From an uncultured delta proteobacterium (GTDB taxonomy: Bacteria; Desulfobacterota; Binatia; HRBIN30; BPIQ01), in contig CAVXGR010000017.1 in assembly GCA_963761335.1 (NCBI GenBank), forward strand, positions 128,001 through 192,000: DNA of 64,000 nt. Reading direction: 5' to 3'. Below are positions 56,351 through 64,000 of this stretch, in pieces (the stretch's first letter is position 1; each line of letters starts with the position of its first letter). The position numbers and the translations under genes are program-made. The notes under the pieces are model-generated. The model saw only the letters and a program-made list of their open reading frames with translations. It was not told where the DNA came from and ran no database searches.

Positions 56351-57716
56351 CAGCTCCTCCGCGTTCCCGCGCTGCGCAGAGCCGGCGCGCGGAGGGCCGC
56401 ATCGAGGCTCGCGAGATGCGGCGCGCTCTCGTCCGCCGCGGCCTCGGACGGGTGCTCCGCTGGCATCGGCAGGACGACGCGGGCGCAGGTGCCGCGGCCC
56501 TCGCTCGAGTCGAGCTCGAGACTTCCCCCGAGGCGCTCGACGACGGCGCGCGCCAGGAACAAGCCGAGACCCATGCCCTTGCCCGGAGCCTTGGTGGTGT
56601 AGAAGGGCTCGCCGGCGCGCGCCAGCACTTCGCGGCTCATGCCGCCGCCGCTATCGCGCACCTCGATCGAGCAGCGCGAATCGCCGGTGCGGGCGGTGAT
56701 GCGCACCGCAGCGGACACGGGCGTGGCGTCGAGCGCGTTCCGAATGAGCGCCCGCAGCGCCTGCGCCAGGGCGCGCGGCGGCACCCGCAGCACGGTGCGC
56801 TCCGCCGCCGTCAGGTCGACGGCGACGCGTTCGGCGTCGGCAAGGCCGCGCCGGGCGCTCTCCAGGATCTCCGCGATGCGCACCGTTGTGGTCGACTCTC
56901 CGGCGCTCTCGCCGGCGTCGGCGGCCATCTGCGTGAGGATGTCGCGGCAGCGCTCCACCTGCTCGCGGATCAGGCGCGCGTCGGCGACCGGCTCCTCGCC
57001 GGCGTCGCTGTGCGCCAGCTGGTGCTCGAGCTCCTTTGCCACCACCGCGATCGTCGAGAGCGGCGTCGACAGCTGGTGCGCGGCGCCGGCTGCGAGGGTC
57101 GCCAGCGAGGCCAGCTTCTCGTGGCGCGCCGTCGCCAGTCGCGCCGCCTCCAGCTCGGCCTCTCGCGCCGCCAGGGCGCGGGTGACGCGCTGGACGAAGT
57201 AGACGATGAAGACGGCGGCGAGCCCGAAGGCGATCCACATTCCCTCGACGTGGCGATTCATCTCCGCCGGGCCGTGCACCATGATGCGGCGGGATCGGGG
57301 CCGCTCCACATGGCGATGAGGAACAGCGACCCGAAGCAGGCGAAGCCGAAGCCGGCGAGAAACCACGTCCAGCCGGCGCTGAGAATCACCGCGGCGAGGG
57401 CGATGTTGACGAGGTAGACGGAGCTGAAGGGGTTGAATGGGCCGCCGGTGTAGTGCAGCAGCGCCGTCAGCAGCACGAAGTCGAGCGTCATCAGGCAGCC
57501 GATCATCCACTCGCGCACCGGCGGCTGCCGGCGCATCCACACGGCGCCGGCGGCATTGCTTGCCAGACCGATGGCGACGATGGTCAGCAGCGGCGGCAGC
57601 GGCAGGTGCACGCCGAGGAGGGAGTCGGCGACGGCGATGACGCCGACCTGCCCGGCGAGAGCGCCCCAGCGCAGCCGCAGCAGCCAGGAGAAATTGATCG
57701 ACTGGGCTTCCTGCAT
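56350..57716 (-). pseudogene. regB: RegB/PrrB/ActS-family sensor kinase split by a frameshift near 57280-57320 (real or assembly error)
   Basis: N-part WLLRLRW, TGGPFNPF in one frame; GMW, AAGAAHQLSTPL, VERCRDIL, EPFYTTK..GMGLGL in another; span 1367 nt is one base short of a multiple of three. Confidence 0.85.
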
Positions 57717-57925
57717 TTCGCTGCGCAGCTTACTTACGCGATCCGGGTGCGGCGAACAACAGCGACGGCGGGGAGCCTTTGGCGAACCATGAGAGTGGGC
57801 GGTGTCCGGCCCCCCGAGAGAGCGCCCGCCGCCCCCGTGCATTTGACCCCGCCGGGCGCCTCGTACAATACATGTTGAACTTCAGTCCTGAGGGGCAATA
57901 TGTCGATGATAAAGGAGATTCAGTA

Positions 57926-58885
57926 GTGCTGCGTGTGCGGGAGCGGGCCCTGTGGGCAGTTGCCGCGGGCGCCCTCGCGGTTACCGCATACACTCTCGGC
58001 GCGGCTCGGGAAGGGGCGCCGTCACCGCCGGTATCGGCCCCGGTGACGGCAGCGCCGCTGCCCGGCTCGATCCGGGTCACCATGGCCGAGCTGCATCGCA
58101 GCGGCGGGTTGCCCAGCGGATGGAGCTTCAACCCCGCCGGTAACGCCGCTGCCGGGCGCCAGGCCTTCGAGGACTATGGCTGCTACACCTGCCACGCGGT
58201 GGAAGGCGCCGGCCTGCCGCAGAAGCCGGACGAGGGCCCCACCGCCGGTCCCGACCTCACCGGCATGGGCGCCCATCACCCCGCCGAGTACTTCGTCGAA
58301 TCGATCCTCAACCCCGACGCCATCCTCGTGGAAGGGCCGAGCTACATCGGCGCCGACGGCCACTCGGCGATGCCGAGCTATCCGGACATGACCGCCCGGG
58401 ACCTGCGCGACATCGTCGCCTTTCTGATGAGTCTCAAGGGCGCCGAAGCGCAGCCGCATGTGCACGTCGCCGGCAGCGGCACGCAGCTGATGCCGGATCG
58501 CATCATCGTGGATCCCGGCGAGCTCCCCTACGTGCCGCCACCGCCGCCGCGCCGCGCCAAGACATTCCTGGCGCGCAGCTACAGCATGCGCGACGGCATG
58601 CTGCCGGCGTATCGCCAATGGTTCGCCCGCGACGGCGCCCGCGCTCTGCTGGCATCGCCGGGCCTGCTGAGCGTCGACACCTTCGTCAACGGCACCTGCC
58701 ACGAGGCGCCGATGGTCACCGTGTTCGGCTTCGCCGATCAGGCGGCACTGGATCGCTTTCTCGGCGATCCGCAGCAGGTCGAGATCGCCAATCGCATGGC
58801 CGAGTTCATCTCGCCGCGCAACGACCGCTTTCGCGATTGGCCGCCGTTCTATCGCGTCGACGACCTCTCGGTGCGCGCCCCCTGA
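57926..58885 (+). CDS. Membrane-anchored monoheme cytochrome c fused to a putative ABM/EthD-like domain
   Basis: AAAGGAG then GTG; TM helix; CYTCH, GPDLT, ESILNP, SAMP distal Met; C-terminal alpha/beta domain. Confidence 0.8.
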   Translation: MLRVRERALWAVAAGALAVTAYTLGAAREGAPSPPVSAPVTAAPLPGSIRVTMAELHRSGGLPSGWSFNPAGNAAAGRQAFEDYGCYTCHAVEGAGLPQKPDEGPTAGPDLTGMGAHHPAEYFVESILNPDAILVEGPSYIGADGHSAMPSYPDMTARDLRDIVAFLMSLKGAEAQPHVHVAGSGTQLMPDRIIVDPGELPYVPPPPPRRAKTFLARSYSMRDGMLPAYRQWFARDGARALLASPGLLSVDTFVNGTCHEAPMVTVFGFADQAALDRFLGDPQQVEIANRMAEFISPRNDRFRDWPPFYRVDDLSVRAP

Positions 58886-58981
58886 GGGGCGCATCCGCGG
58901 CGCCGGCGGCGGTTGTGTTTCGGCGCATTTCGGGTTTTACCCTCTCGTTCACCACCAACCTTCCGCAGATCGGAGTCGACC

Positions 58982-60628
58982 ATGGGATTCAATCTGGCTG
59001 AGATCAACGAGGAGCTGGCAGCGGCCATTCCCGAGCGCGACTGCATCGTCTTTCGCGACCGCCGCTTCACCTGGGCGCAATTCTGCGAGCGCACCCGCCG
59101 CCTCGGCAACTTTCTCCTCTCCCGCCGCCTCGGCCGCCATCAGGATCGCCGCCAGCTGCAGAACTTCGAGTCGGGACAGGATCACCTCGGCATCTACCTG
59201 TACAACGGCAACGAGTACCTGGAGGCGATGGTCGGCAGCTTCAAGGCCCGCGTGGCTCCCTTCAACGTCAACTACCGCTATATCGAGGACGAGCTGATCT
59301 ACCTGCTCAACGACGCCGACTGCCGGGCGCTCGTCTACCACGCGCGCTTTGCGCCGATGCTGCAGAAGATCCGCGCCGCTCTCCCGCACCTCGAGGTGCT
59401 GCTGCAGGTGGCGGACGAGTCCGGCAATCAGCTGTTGCCCGGAGCCGTCGACTACGAGGAGGCGCTGCGGCAGTCGTCCGCGGAGCGGCCGGCGGCGGAG
59501 TGGTCGCCGGACGACCTGTACATTCTCTACACCGGCGGTACCACCGGCATGCCCAAGGGCGTGCTCTGGCGGCAGGAGGACATCTACTTCGGCGCCCTCG
59601 GGGGCAACCCTCCCGGCGGCACCAAGCACGAGTCCATGGAGAGCATCATCGAGGGCGCCCGCAGCGGCAGCCTGCGCTCGCTGCCGGCGCCGCCGTTCAT
59701 GCACGGCGCCGCCCACTGGATGGCGTTCAATACCCTGCACGCCGGCGGCACCGTCGTCGTGCAGAACCACCCGGGGCGTCTCGATGCCGATGACATCTGG
59801 TCGACCATCGAGCGCGAGCACGTCTCCTTTCTCACCATCGTCGGCGACGCCTTCGGCAGGCCGCTGCTCGATCAGCTGGACCAGAAGTCATACGACTTGT
59901 CGAACCTGCGCATCCTGCTCTCCGGCGGCGCCATCCTCACGCCGGCGCTGAAGGCGGCGTTCGTCGAGAAGGTCCCGCACCTGATGATCATCGACGGCTT
60001 CGGCGCCTCGGAGACCGGTGGCCACGGCCAGCAGATCACCCTGAAGGGCATGCAGGCGAGCACCGGCACCTTCCGCATGAACGAGGAGACGCTCGTCCTC
60101 CGACACGACCTCTCGGCGCCGCTGGCTCCGGGCAGCGAAGAGAGCGGCTGGCTGGCCCGCTGCGGCCATGTGCCTCTCGGCTACTTCAAGGACGCCGAGA
60201 AGACCGCGAAGACCTTCCCGGTCATCGACGGGGTGCGCTACGCCGTCCCCGGAGATCATGCGCGGCTGGCGGAGGACGGCACCATCGTCGTGCTCGGACG
60301 CGGCTCGGTGAGCATCAATTCGGGCGGCGAGAAGATCTATCCCGAGGAGGTGGAGAAGGCGCTCAAGCACCACCCCTCGGTCTACGACGCCGTCGTCGTT
60401 GGCACGCCCAACCCGCGCTTCGGGCAGCAGGTGACCGCGGTGGTGCAGGCGCGCGCCGGCGAGGTGCCCAGCAAGGAGGAGCTCGTCGAGTTCACCGCCC
60501 AGCACCTTGCCCGCTACAAGCTGCCGAAGGCGGTGATCTTCGTCGACGAGATGGTGCGCAGCCCCAGCGGCAAAGCCGATTACCGCTGGGCCAAGAAGAA
60601 GGCGTACGAGGCGCTCGGCATCGAGTAA
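58982..60628 (+). CDS. Acyl-CoA synthetase (FadD19-like)
   Basis: YTGGTTGMPKGV, FGASE, GRGSVSINSGGEKIYPEEVE, RSPSGK. Confidence 0.93.
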   Translation: MGFNLAEINEELAAAIPERDCIVFRDRRFTWAQFCERTRRLGNFLLSRRLGRHQDRRQLQNFESGQDHLGIYLYNGNEYLEAMVGSFKARVAPFNVNYRYIEDELIYLLNDADCRALVYHARFAPMLQKIRAALPHLEVLLQVADESGNQLLPGAVDYEEALRQSSAERPAAEWSPDDLYILYTGGTTGMPKGVLWRQEDIYFGALGGNPPGGTKHESMESIIEGARSGSLRSLPAPPFMHGAAHWMAFNTLHAGGTVVVQNHPGRLDADDIWSTIEREHVSFLTIVGDAFGRPLLDQLDQKSYDLSNLRILLSGGAILTPALKAAFVEKVPHLMIIDGFGASETGGHGQQITLKGMQASTGTFRMNEETLVLRHDLSAPLAPGSEESGWLARCGHVPLGYFKDAEKTAKTFPVIDGVRYAVPGDHARLAEDGTIVVLGRGSVSINSGGEKIYPEEVEKALKHHPSVYDAVVVGTPNPRFGQQVTAVVQARAGEVPSKEELVEFTAQHLARYKLPKAVIFVDEMVRSPSGKADYRWAKKKAYEALGIE

Positions 60629-60740
60629 CCGCCAAGGCCGCCAAGAGAGAACCGCCAAGGGCGCCAAGAGAGAACCGCCAAGAGCGCCAAGAGAGAACCG
60701 CCAAGGGCGCCAAGAGAGAACCGCCGAGAGCGCCAAGAAG
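60627..60740 (+). repeat. About five tandem 23-bp repeats
   Basis: Unit AACCGCCAAGGGCGCCAAGAGAG at 60627, 60650, 60673, 60696, 60719; no spacers. Confidence 0.95.
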
Positions 60741-60823
60741 ATAAGAAAGAGAGAACGCCGAGAAAAGAGAAAGAGAAGAAGAGACTCCACAAGAGACGAC
60801 GGAACGAAAGGAGAGGTTTAGGG

Positions 60824-61237
60824 ATGAACCGGATTCAGAAAGGACGAGTTTGCGTCGAGCCAGAGGCCGATCTGGATGCGCTGTCGCATGAAGTGATCGG
60901 AGCTGCGTTGGAAGTGCATCGGCAGCTGGGTCCGGGATTCCTCGAAAAGATCTACGAGCGATCCCTCGCTCTCGAGCTGTCGATTCGCGGGCTCGATTTC
61001 CAGCAACAGGTGCCGATCAAGTTGCACTACAAGGGGTCGCTAGTGGGCACGGCGCGTCTGGATCTGGTGATATCGCGGCGGCTGGTGGTCGAGCTCAAGG
61101 CGGTCGATGACCTCCACCCGATTCACTTGGCGCAGATGATCTCGTATCTGAAAGCCACCGGCTACCACCCGGGCCTGCTCATCAACTTCAATGTCGACAG
61201 GCTGAAGGACGGCATCCGCCGAATCGTCTTTTCCTGA
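60824..61237 (+). CDS. GxxExxY protein (PD-(D/E)XK nuclease superfamily)
   Basis: VIGAALEVHRQLGPGFLEKIYE, RLDLVI, VVELKAV, AQMISYLK, GLLINF. Confidence 0.93.
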   Translation: MNRIQKGRVCVEPEADLDALSHEVIGAALEVHRQLGPGFLEKIYERSLALELSIRGLDFQQQVPIKLHYKGSLVGTARLDLVISRRLVVELKAVDDLHPIHLAQMISYLKATGYHPGLLINFNVDRLKDGIRRIVFS

Positions 61238-61287
61238 CCTTTCTCAGGGCCTCTCGTTCTTCTCTTCCCTCGGCGTCCTTTCTTCTT

Positions 61288-61335
61288 TCTCTCTTTGCAC
61301 CTTGGCGGTTCTCTTTCTGGCGCCCCTTGGCGGTT
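61288..61335 (-). repeat. Two inverted copies of the 23-bp repeat downstream of GxxExxY
   Basis: Minus strand reads AACCGCCAAGGGGCGCCAGAAAGAG-AACCGCCAAGGTGCAAAGAGAG. Confidence 0.85.
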
Positions 61336-61386
61336 CGTTTCCATGTCCGCTTGCCTGGCGCTCCCACTCGTGCCATCGACGGCATC

Positions 61387-62229
61387 ATGAAGATCGGCGT
61401 TCCTCTCTTTCTCCTGCGGCCCGAGTCGATGGCGTCGGTGGCGCGGCGCGCTGAGGAGCTCGGCTTCGAGTCCGTGTGGCTGCCCGAGCACCTCGTCTTT
61501 CCGGCGGTGATCTCCAGTCGCTACCCCTATACCGCTGATGGGACGCCGCCCATCAACCCGGCGACGCCGCTGCTCGATCCGCTCGTGATGCTGGCGCAGG
61601 TGGCGGCGCTGACCTCGCGCATTCGCCTGGGCACCAATATCTACCTGGTGCCGCTGCGCCATCCGCTGCAGACGGCGCGCATGGCAATGACGCTCGATCT
61701 GATCTCCGGCGGCCGGCTGACCCTCGGCGTGGGTGCCGGCTGGCTGCGCGAGGAGTTCGAGGCGGCGGGGATCGATTTCGAGAGCCGCGGTGGCCGCACC
61801 CGCGAGTGCGTGCGCGCCATTCGCGCCCTGTGGACGGAGCCGGAGCCGCAGTTCCACGGGCGCTACTTCGACTTCGGGCCGCTGCGCTTCGAGCCCAAGC
61901 CGGTGCAGAAGCCGCATCCGCCGATCGTCTTCGGCGGCGAGACCGAGGCGGGCCTGCGCCGCGCCGCCGCACTCGGCGACGGCTGGTACGGTGTCGGCCA
62001 CACGCCGGAGACGGCAGAGGCGCAGGTGCGCAAGCTGCGCCAGCACCTCGCCGAGGCCGGACGGGAAGACGCTCCGTTCGAGATTACCCTCAGCCCCAAG
62101 GCCGAGGTCGACCGCGAGCAGATCCGCCGCTTCGAAGAAGCCGGCGTCCACCGCGTCGTCATTCTGCCGTGGAGACGCTCGCGCGAAGCGGAGGAGGGCT
62201 TGGTGCGCCTGGCCGCAGCGGTGTTGTGA
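61387..62229 (+). CDS. LLM-class F420-dependent oxidoreductase (Rv2161c-like)
   Basis: AEELGFESVWLPEH, GRLTLGVGAGWLREEF, PKPVQKPHPPI, GDGW. Confidence 0.9.
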   Translation: MKIGVPLFLLRPESMASVARRAEELGFESVWLPEHLVFPAVISSRYPYTADGTPPINPATPLLDPLVMLAQVAALTSRIRLGTNIYLVPLRHPLQTARMAMTLDLISGGRLTLGVGAGWLREEFEAAGIDFESRGGRTRECVRAIRALWTEPEPQFHGRYFDFGPLRFEPKPVQKPHPPIVFGGETEAGLRRAAALGDGWYGVGHTPETAEAQVRKLRQHLAEAGREDAPFEITLSPKAEVDREQIRRFEEAGVHRVVILPWRRSREAEEGLVRLAAAVL

Positions 62230-62301
62230 GAGGATGGGGGTTTGCGGGTTGTCGGGTTCGCGGGTTTATCGGGAGGGCGAGCTAGCAAGGAACCCGGTTC
62301 T

Positions 62302-62544
62302 CATTCTCATTCCCGGTTCTCATCCCGTCGTTTTCCATTCGCTCTGACGGTCGCGAGTACTGACGCCAAACGCGTTGGGCATGGTAGCCGGGGGTTTCAA
62401 ACGGTTTCAAACCCCCGGCCACCATCAGGGCGCGGAAAGGGAGAGGCAAGGGGACAGAGTGGCATTGGATTGGAGCTGACCAATCTTCTGACGCGGCTCG
62501 CAGAACAATGGAAAACGACGGGATGAGAACCGGGAATGAGAATG
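62302..62544. mobile_element. MITE-like element with perfect 38-bp inverted repeats
   Basis: CATTCTCATTCCCGGTTCTCATCCCGTCGTTTTCCATT at 62302-62339 and inverted at 62507-62544; internal hairpin 62381-62425. Confidence 0.55.
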
Positions 62545-62599
62545 GAGAATGGCGGTCTCTTGGGAGCCTTGCCCTCCCGGATGGCGTCGCCCTCGCCGC

Positions 62600-64000
62600 T
62601 CACTCCTCGCTGAGCAGATAGCTCAGGTCCTCTTTGGTGAGCGAGCGGGCGAAGCCGTTCTCGCCGAGGATGTCGCGCGCCAGCGCCGCCTTGCGCTGCT
62701 GCAGCTCCCAGATCTTCTCTTCGATGGTGCCGAGCGCCAGGAGGCGGTAGGCGATGACGTTGCGCGTCTGGCCGATGCGGTGGGTGCGGTCGATTGCCTG
62801 CGCCTCGACCGCGGGGTTCCACCACGGATCGAAGAGGACCACGTAGCTGGCGCTGGTGAGATTGAGGCCGGTGCCGCCGGCGCGCAGTGACACCAGGAAC
62901 ACGCAGGCGCGCGGATCCTCCTGGAAGCCGGCGACCACCTGCTCGCGCTTGGTCGTCTGCCCGGTGAGCATGTGGTAGGGAATGCCGCGCTGCTCGAGAT
63001 CCTGCCGCAGCAGCTTGAGGCACTCGACGAACTGCGAGAAGAGGAGCACCTTGTGGCCCTCGGCGAGGATCTCCTCGATGAGCTCGAAGACGGCGTCGAA
63101 CTTGCCCGAGCCGACGGTGCGCTTGCCGCCGGCGAGGGCGGGGTGGCAGCAGATCTGCCGCAGGCGGGTCAACGCCGCGAGGATGGCGATCTTGTTCTCG
63201 CGAACGCCTCCCGGGGCGCGGCTGAGCTCGTCGACGCGGGCGCGCGCCTTCTTCAGCTCGGCGAGGTAGAGGAGGCGCTGCGCCCGGTTGAGCTCGCAGT
63301 CGTGGCGCTCCTCGACGCGCTCCGGCAGCTCCGGCGCGACCTCCTGCTTGGTGCGGCGCAGCAGCACGGGACGCAGCTTGGCGCCGAGCAGGCTGCGCGC
63401 GTGAGACGGCGCCTCAGGGTGGTCGAAGCGCTGCGCGAACTGTCCCCGGGTGCCGAGATAGCCGGGGTTGACGAACGACATGATGCTCCACAGGTCCATG
63501 GCGCGGTTCTCGAGGGGGGTGCCGGTGAGCGCCAGGCGGTGGCGGGCGCGCAGCGACAGCGCCGCCTTGGTGACCGCGGCGTCCGGGTTCTTGATGTTCT
63601 GCGCCTCATCGAGAATGGCGGCGCACAGCTCGATCTCCTGCCACTGCTCGATGTCGCGCCGCAGCAGGGCGTAGTTGGTGACCACCAGATCGTGCGCGGG
63701 GATCTCCCGCCGCAGCTCGTGGCGCTCCTGGCCGCGGGTGAGCAGCAGGATGCGCAGCCCGGGCGTGAAGCGCTCCGCCTCGCGCTGCCAGTTGTGAACC
63801 ACCGACGCCGGACAGACGACCAGCGCCGGCCCCGCCTGCGGCTCCACCCGGCGCATGTGACACAGCCAGGCAAGGGCCTGCACGGTCTTTCCGAGCCCCA
63901 TGTCGTCGGCGAGCACGGCGCCCAGGCCGAGAGAGGCGGTGTAGGCGAGAAAGTCGAGCCCCTGCCGCTGATAGGGGCGGAGCTCGGCGGTGACGCCGTC
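62600..64000 (-). CDS. SNF2-family helicase/ATPase (5' end outside window)
   Basis: LADDMGLGKT, LDEAQ, LTGTPLEN, FSQF, SLRAGGTGLNLT, QAIDRTHRIGQ. Confidence 0.95.
   Translation of the reverse strand, partial: DGVTAELRPYQRQGLDFLAYTASLGLGAVLADDMGLGKTVQALAWLCHMRRVEPQAGPALVVCPASVVHNWQREAERFTPGLRILLLTRGQERHELRREIPAHDLVVTNYALLRRDIEQWQEIELCAAILDEAQNIKNPDAAVTKAALSLRARHRLALTGTPLENRAMDLWSIMSFVNPGYLGTRGQFAQRFDHPEAPSHARSLLGAKLRPVLLRRTKQEVAPELPERVEERHDCELNRAQRLLYLAELKKARARVDELSRAPGGVRENKIAILAALTRLRQICCHPALAGGKRTVGSGKFDAVFELIEEILAEGHKVLLFSQFVECLKLLRQDLEQRGIPYHMLTGQTTKREQVVAGFQEDPRACVFLVSLRAGGTGLNLTSASYVVLFDPWWNPAVEAQAIDRTHRIGQTRNVIAYRLLALGTIEEKIWELQQRKAALARDILGENGFARSLTKEDLSYLLSEE

Noticed and set aside
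57258..57260. Selenocysteine read-through of the regB TGA
   Set aside because: The downstream kinase is in a different frame, so read-through cannot join the parts
57843..57905. Promoter or MerR/CueR-type operator upstream of the cytochrome c gene
   Set aside because: TTGACC/TACAAT spacing is 15 bp, the dyad is short, and no good -10 lies at 19-bp spacing
49980..58885. Methanobactin biosynthetic cluster
   Set aside because: No precursor peptide, MbnB/MbnC or TonB-dependent transporter is visible
60627..60740. Possible CRISPR array
   Set aside because: Units are contiguous with no spacers, and no cas genes are present
62394..62412. GTTTCAAAC duplicated, resembling a CRISPR repeat end
   Set aside because: Only two 9-mers two bases apart inside one hairpin

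Overview
High-GC bacterial chromosomal window. Thr/Pro-linker lipoproteins, a dockerin-like motif and F420-type LLM enzymes suggest a Binatia/deltaproteobacterial-like organism (inference). Housekeeping content: amtB, rne, gloB, a cold-shock gene, ccmE-ccmF-ccmH, trxC, a double-length uvrA, TPR and LolB-like genes, an opp/dpp ABC transporter, suhB, ispE-tRNA-Gln-prs-rplY-pth-rpsF-rpsR-rplI, metH, lipid-catabolic genes and a partial SNF2 helicase. The most striking locus is 49980-58885: an MbnH/MbnP pair with no methanobactin genes nearby. Both proteins are extended (Thr/Pro stalk on MbnH; HxH domain plus dockerin-like module on MbnP). The locus also holds a second stand-alone HxH-domain lipoprotein, TlpA, a Cys/His-decorated beta-barrel, a RegA/RegB-type pair (regB frameshifted) and a cytochrome c fusion. 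Four RegA/PrrA-like boxes (GCGG-N6-GNCGC) are visible, two of them in front of a distant MFS/spermidine-synthase fusion gene. Several small repeat families are present: GTAG-headed REPs that supply stop codons, a 200-250 bp composite repeat whose 21-bp core brackets a 7.6-kb block between the LolB-like gene and ispE, a GxxExxY nuclease gene flanked by inverted 23-bp repeat arrays, and a 38-bp inverted-repeat MITE-like element. All calls are from manual reading; no searches were run.
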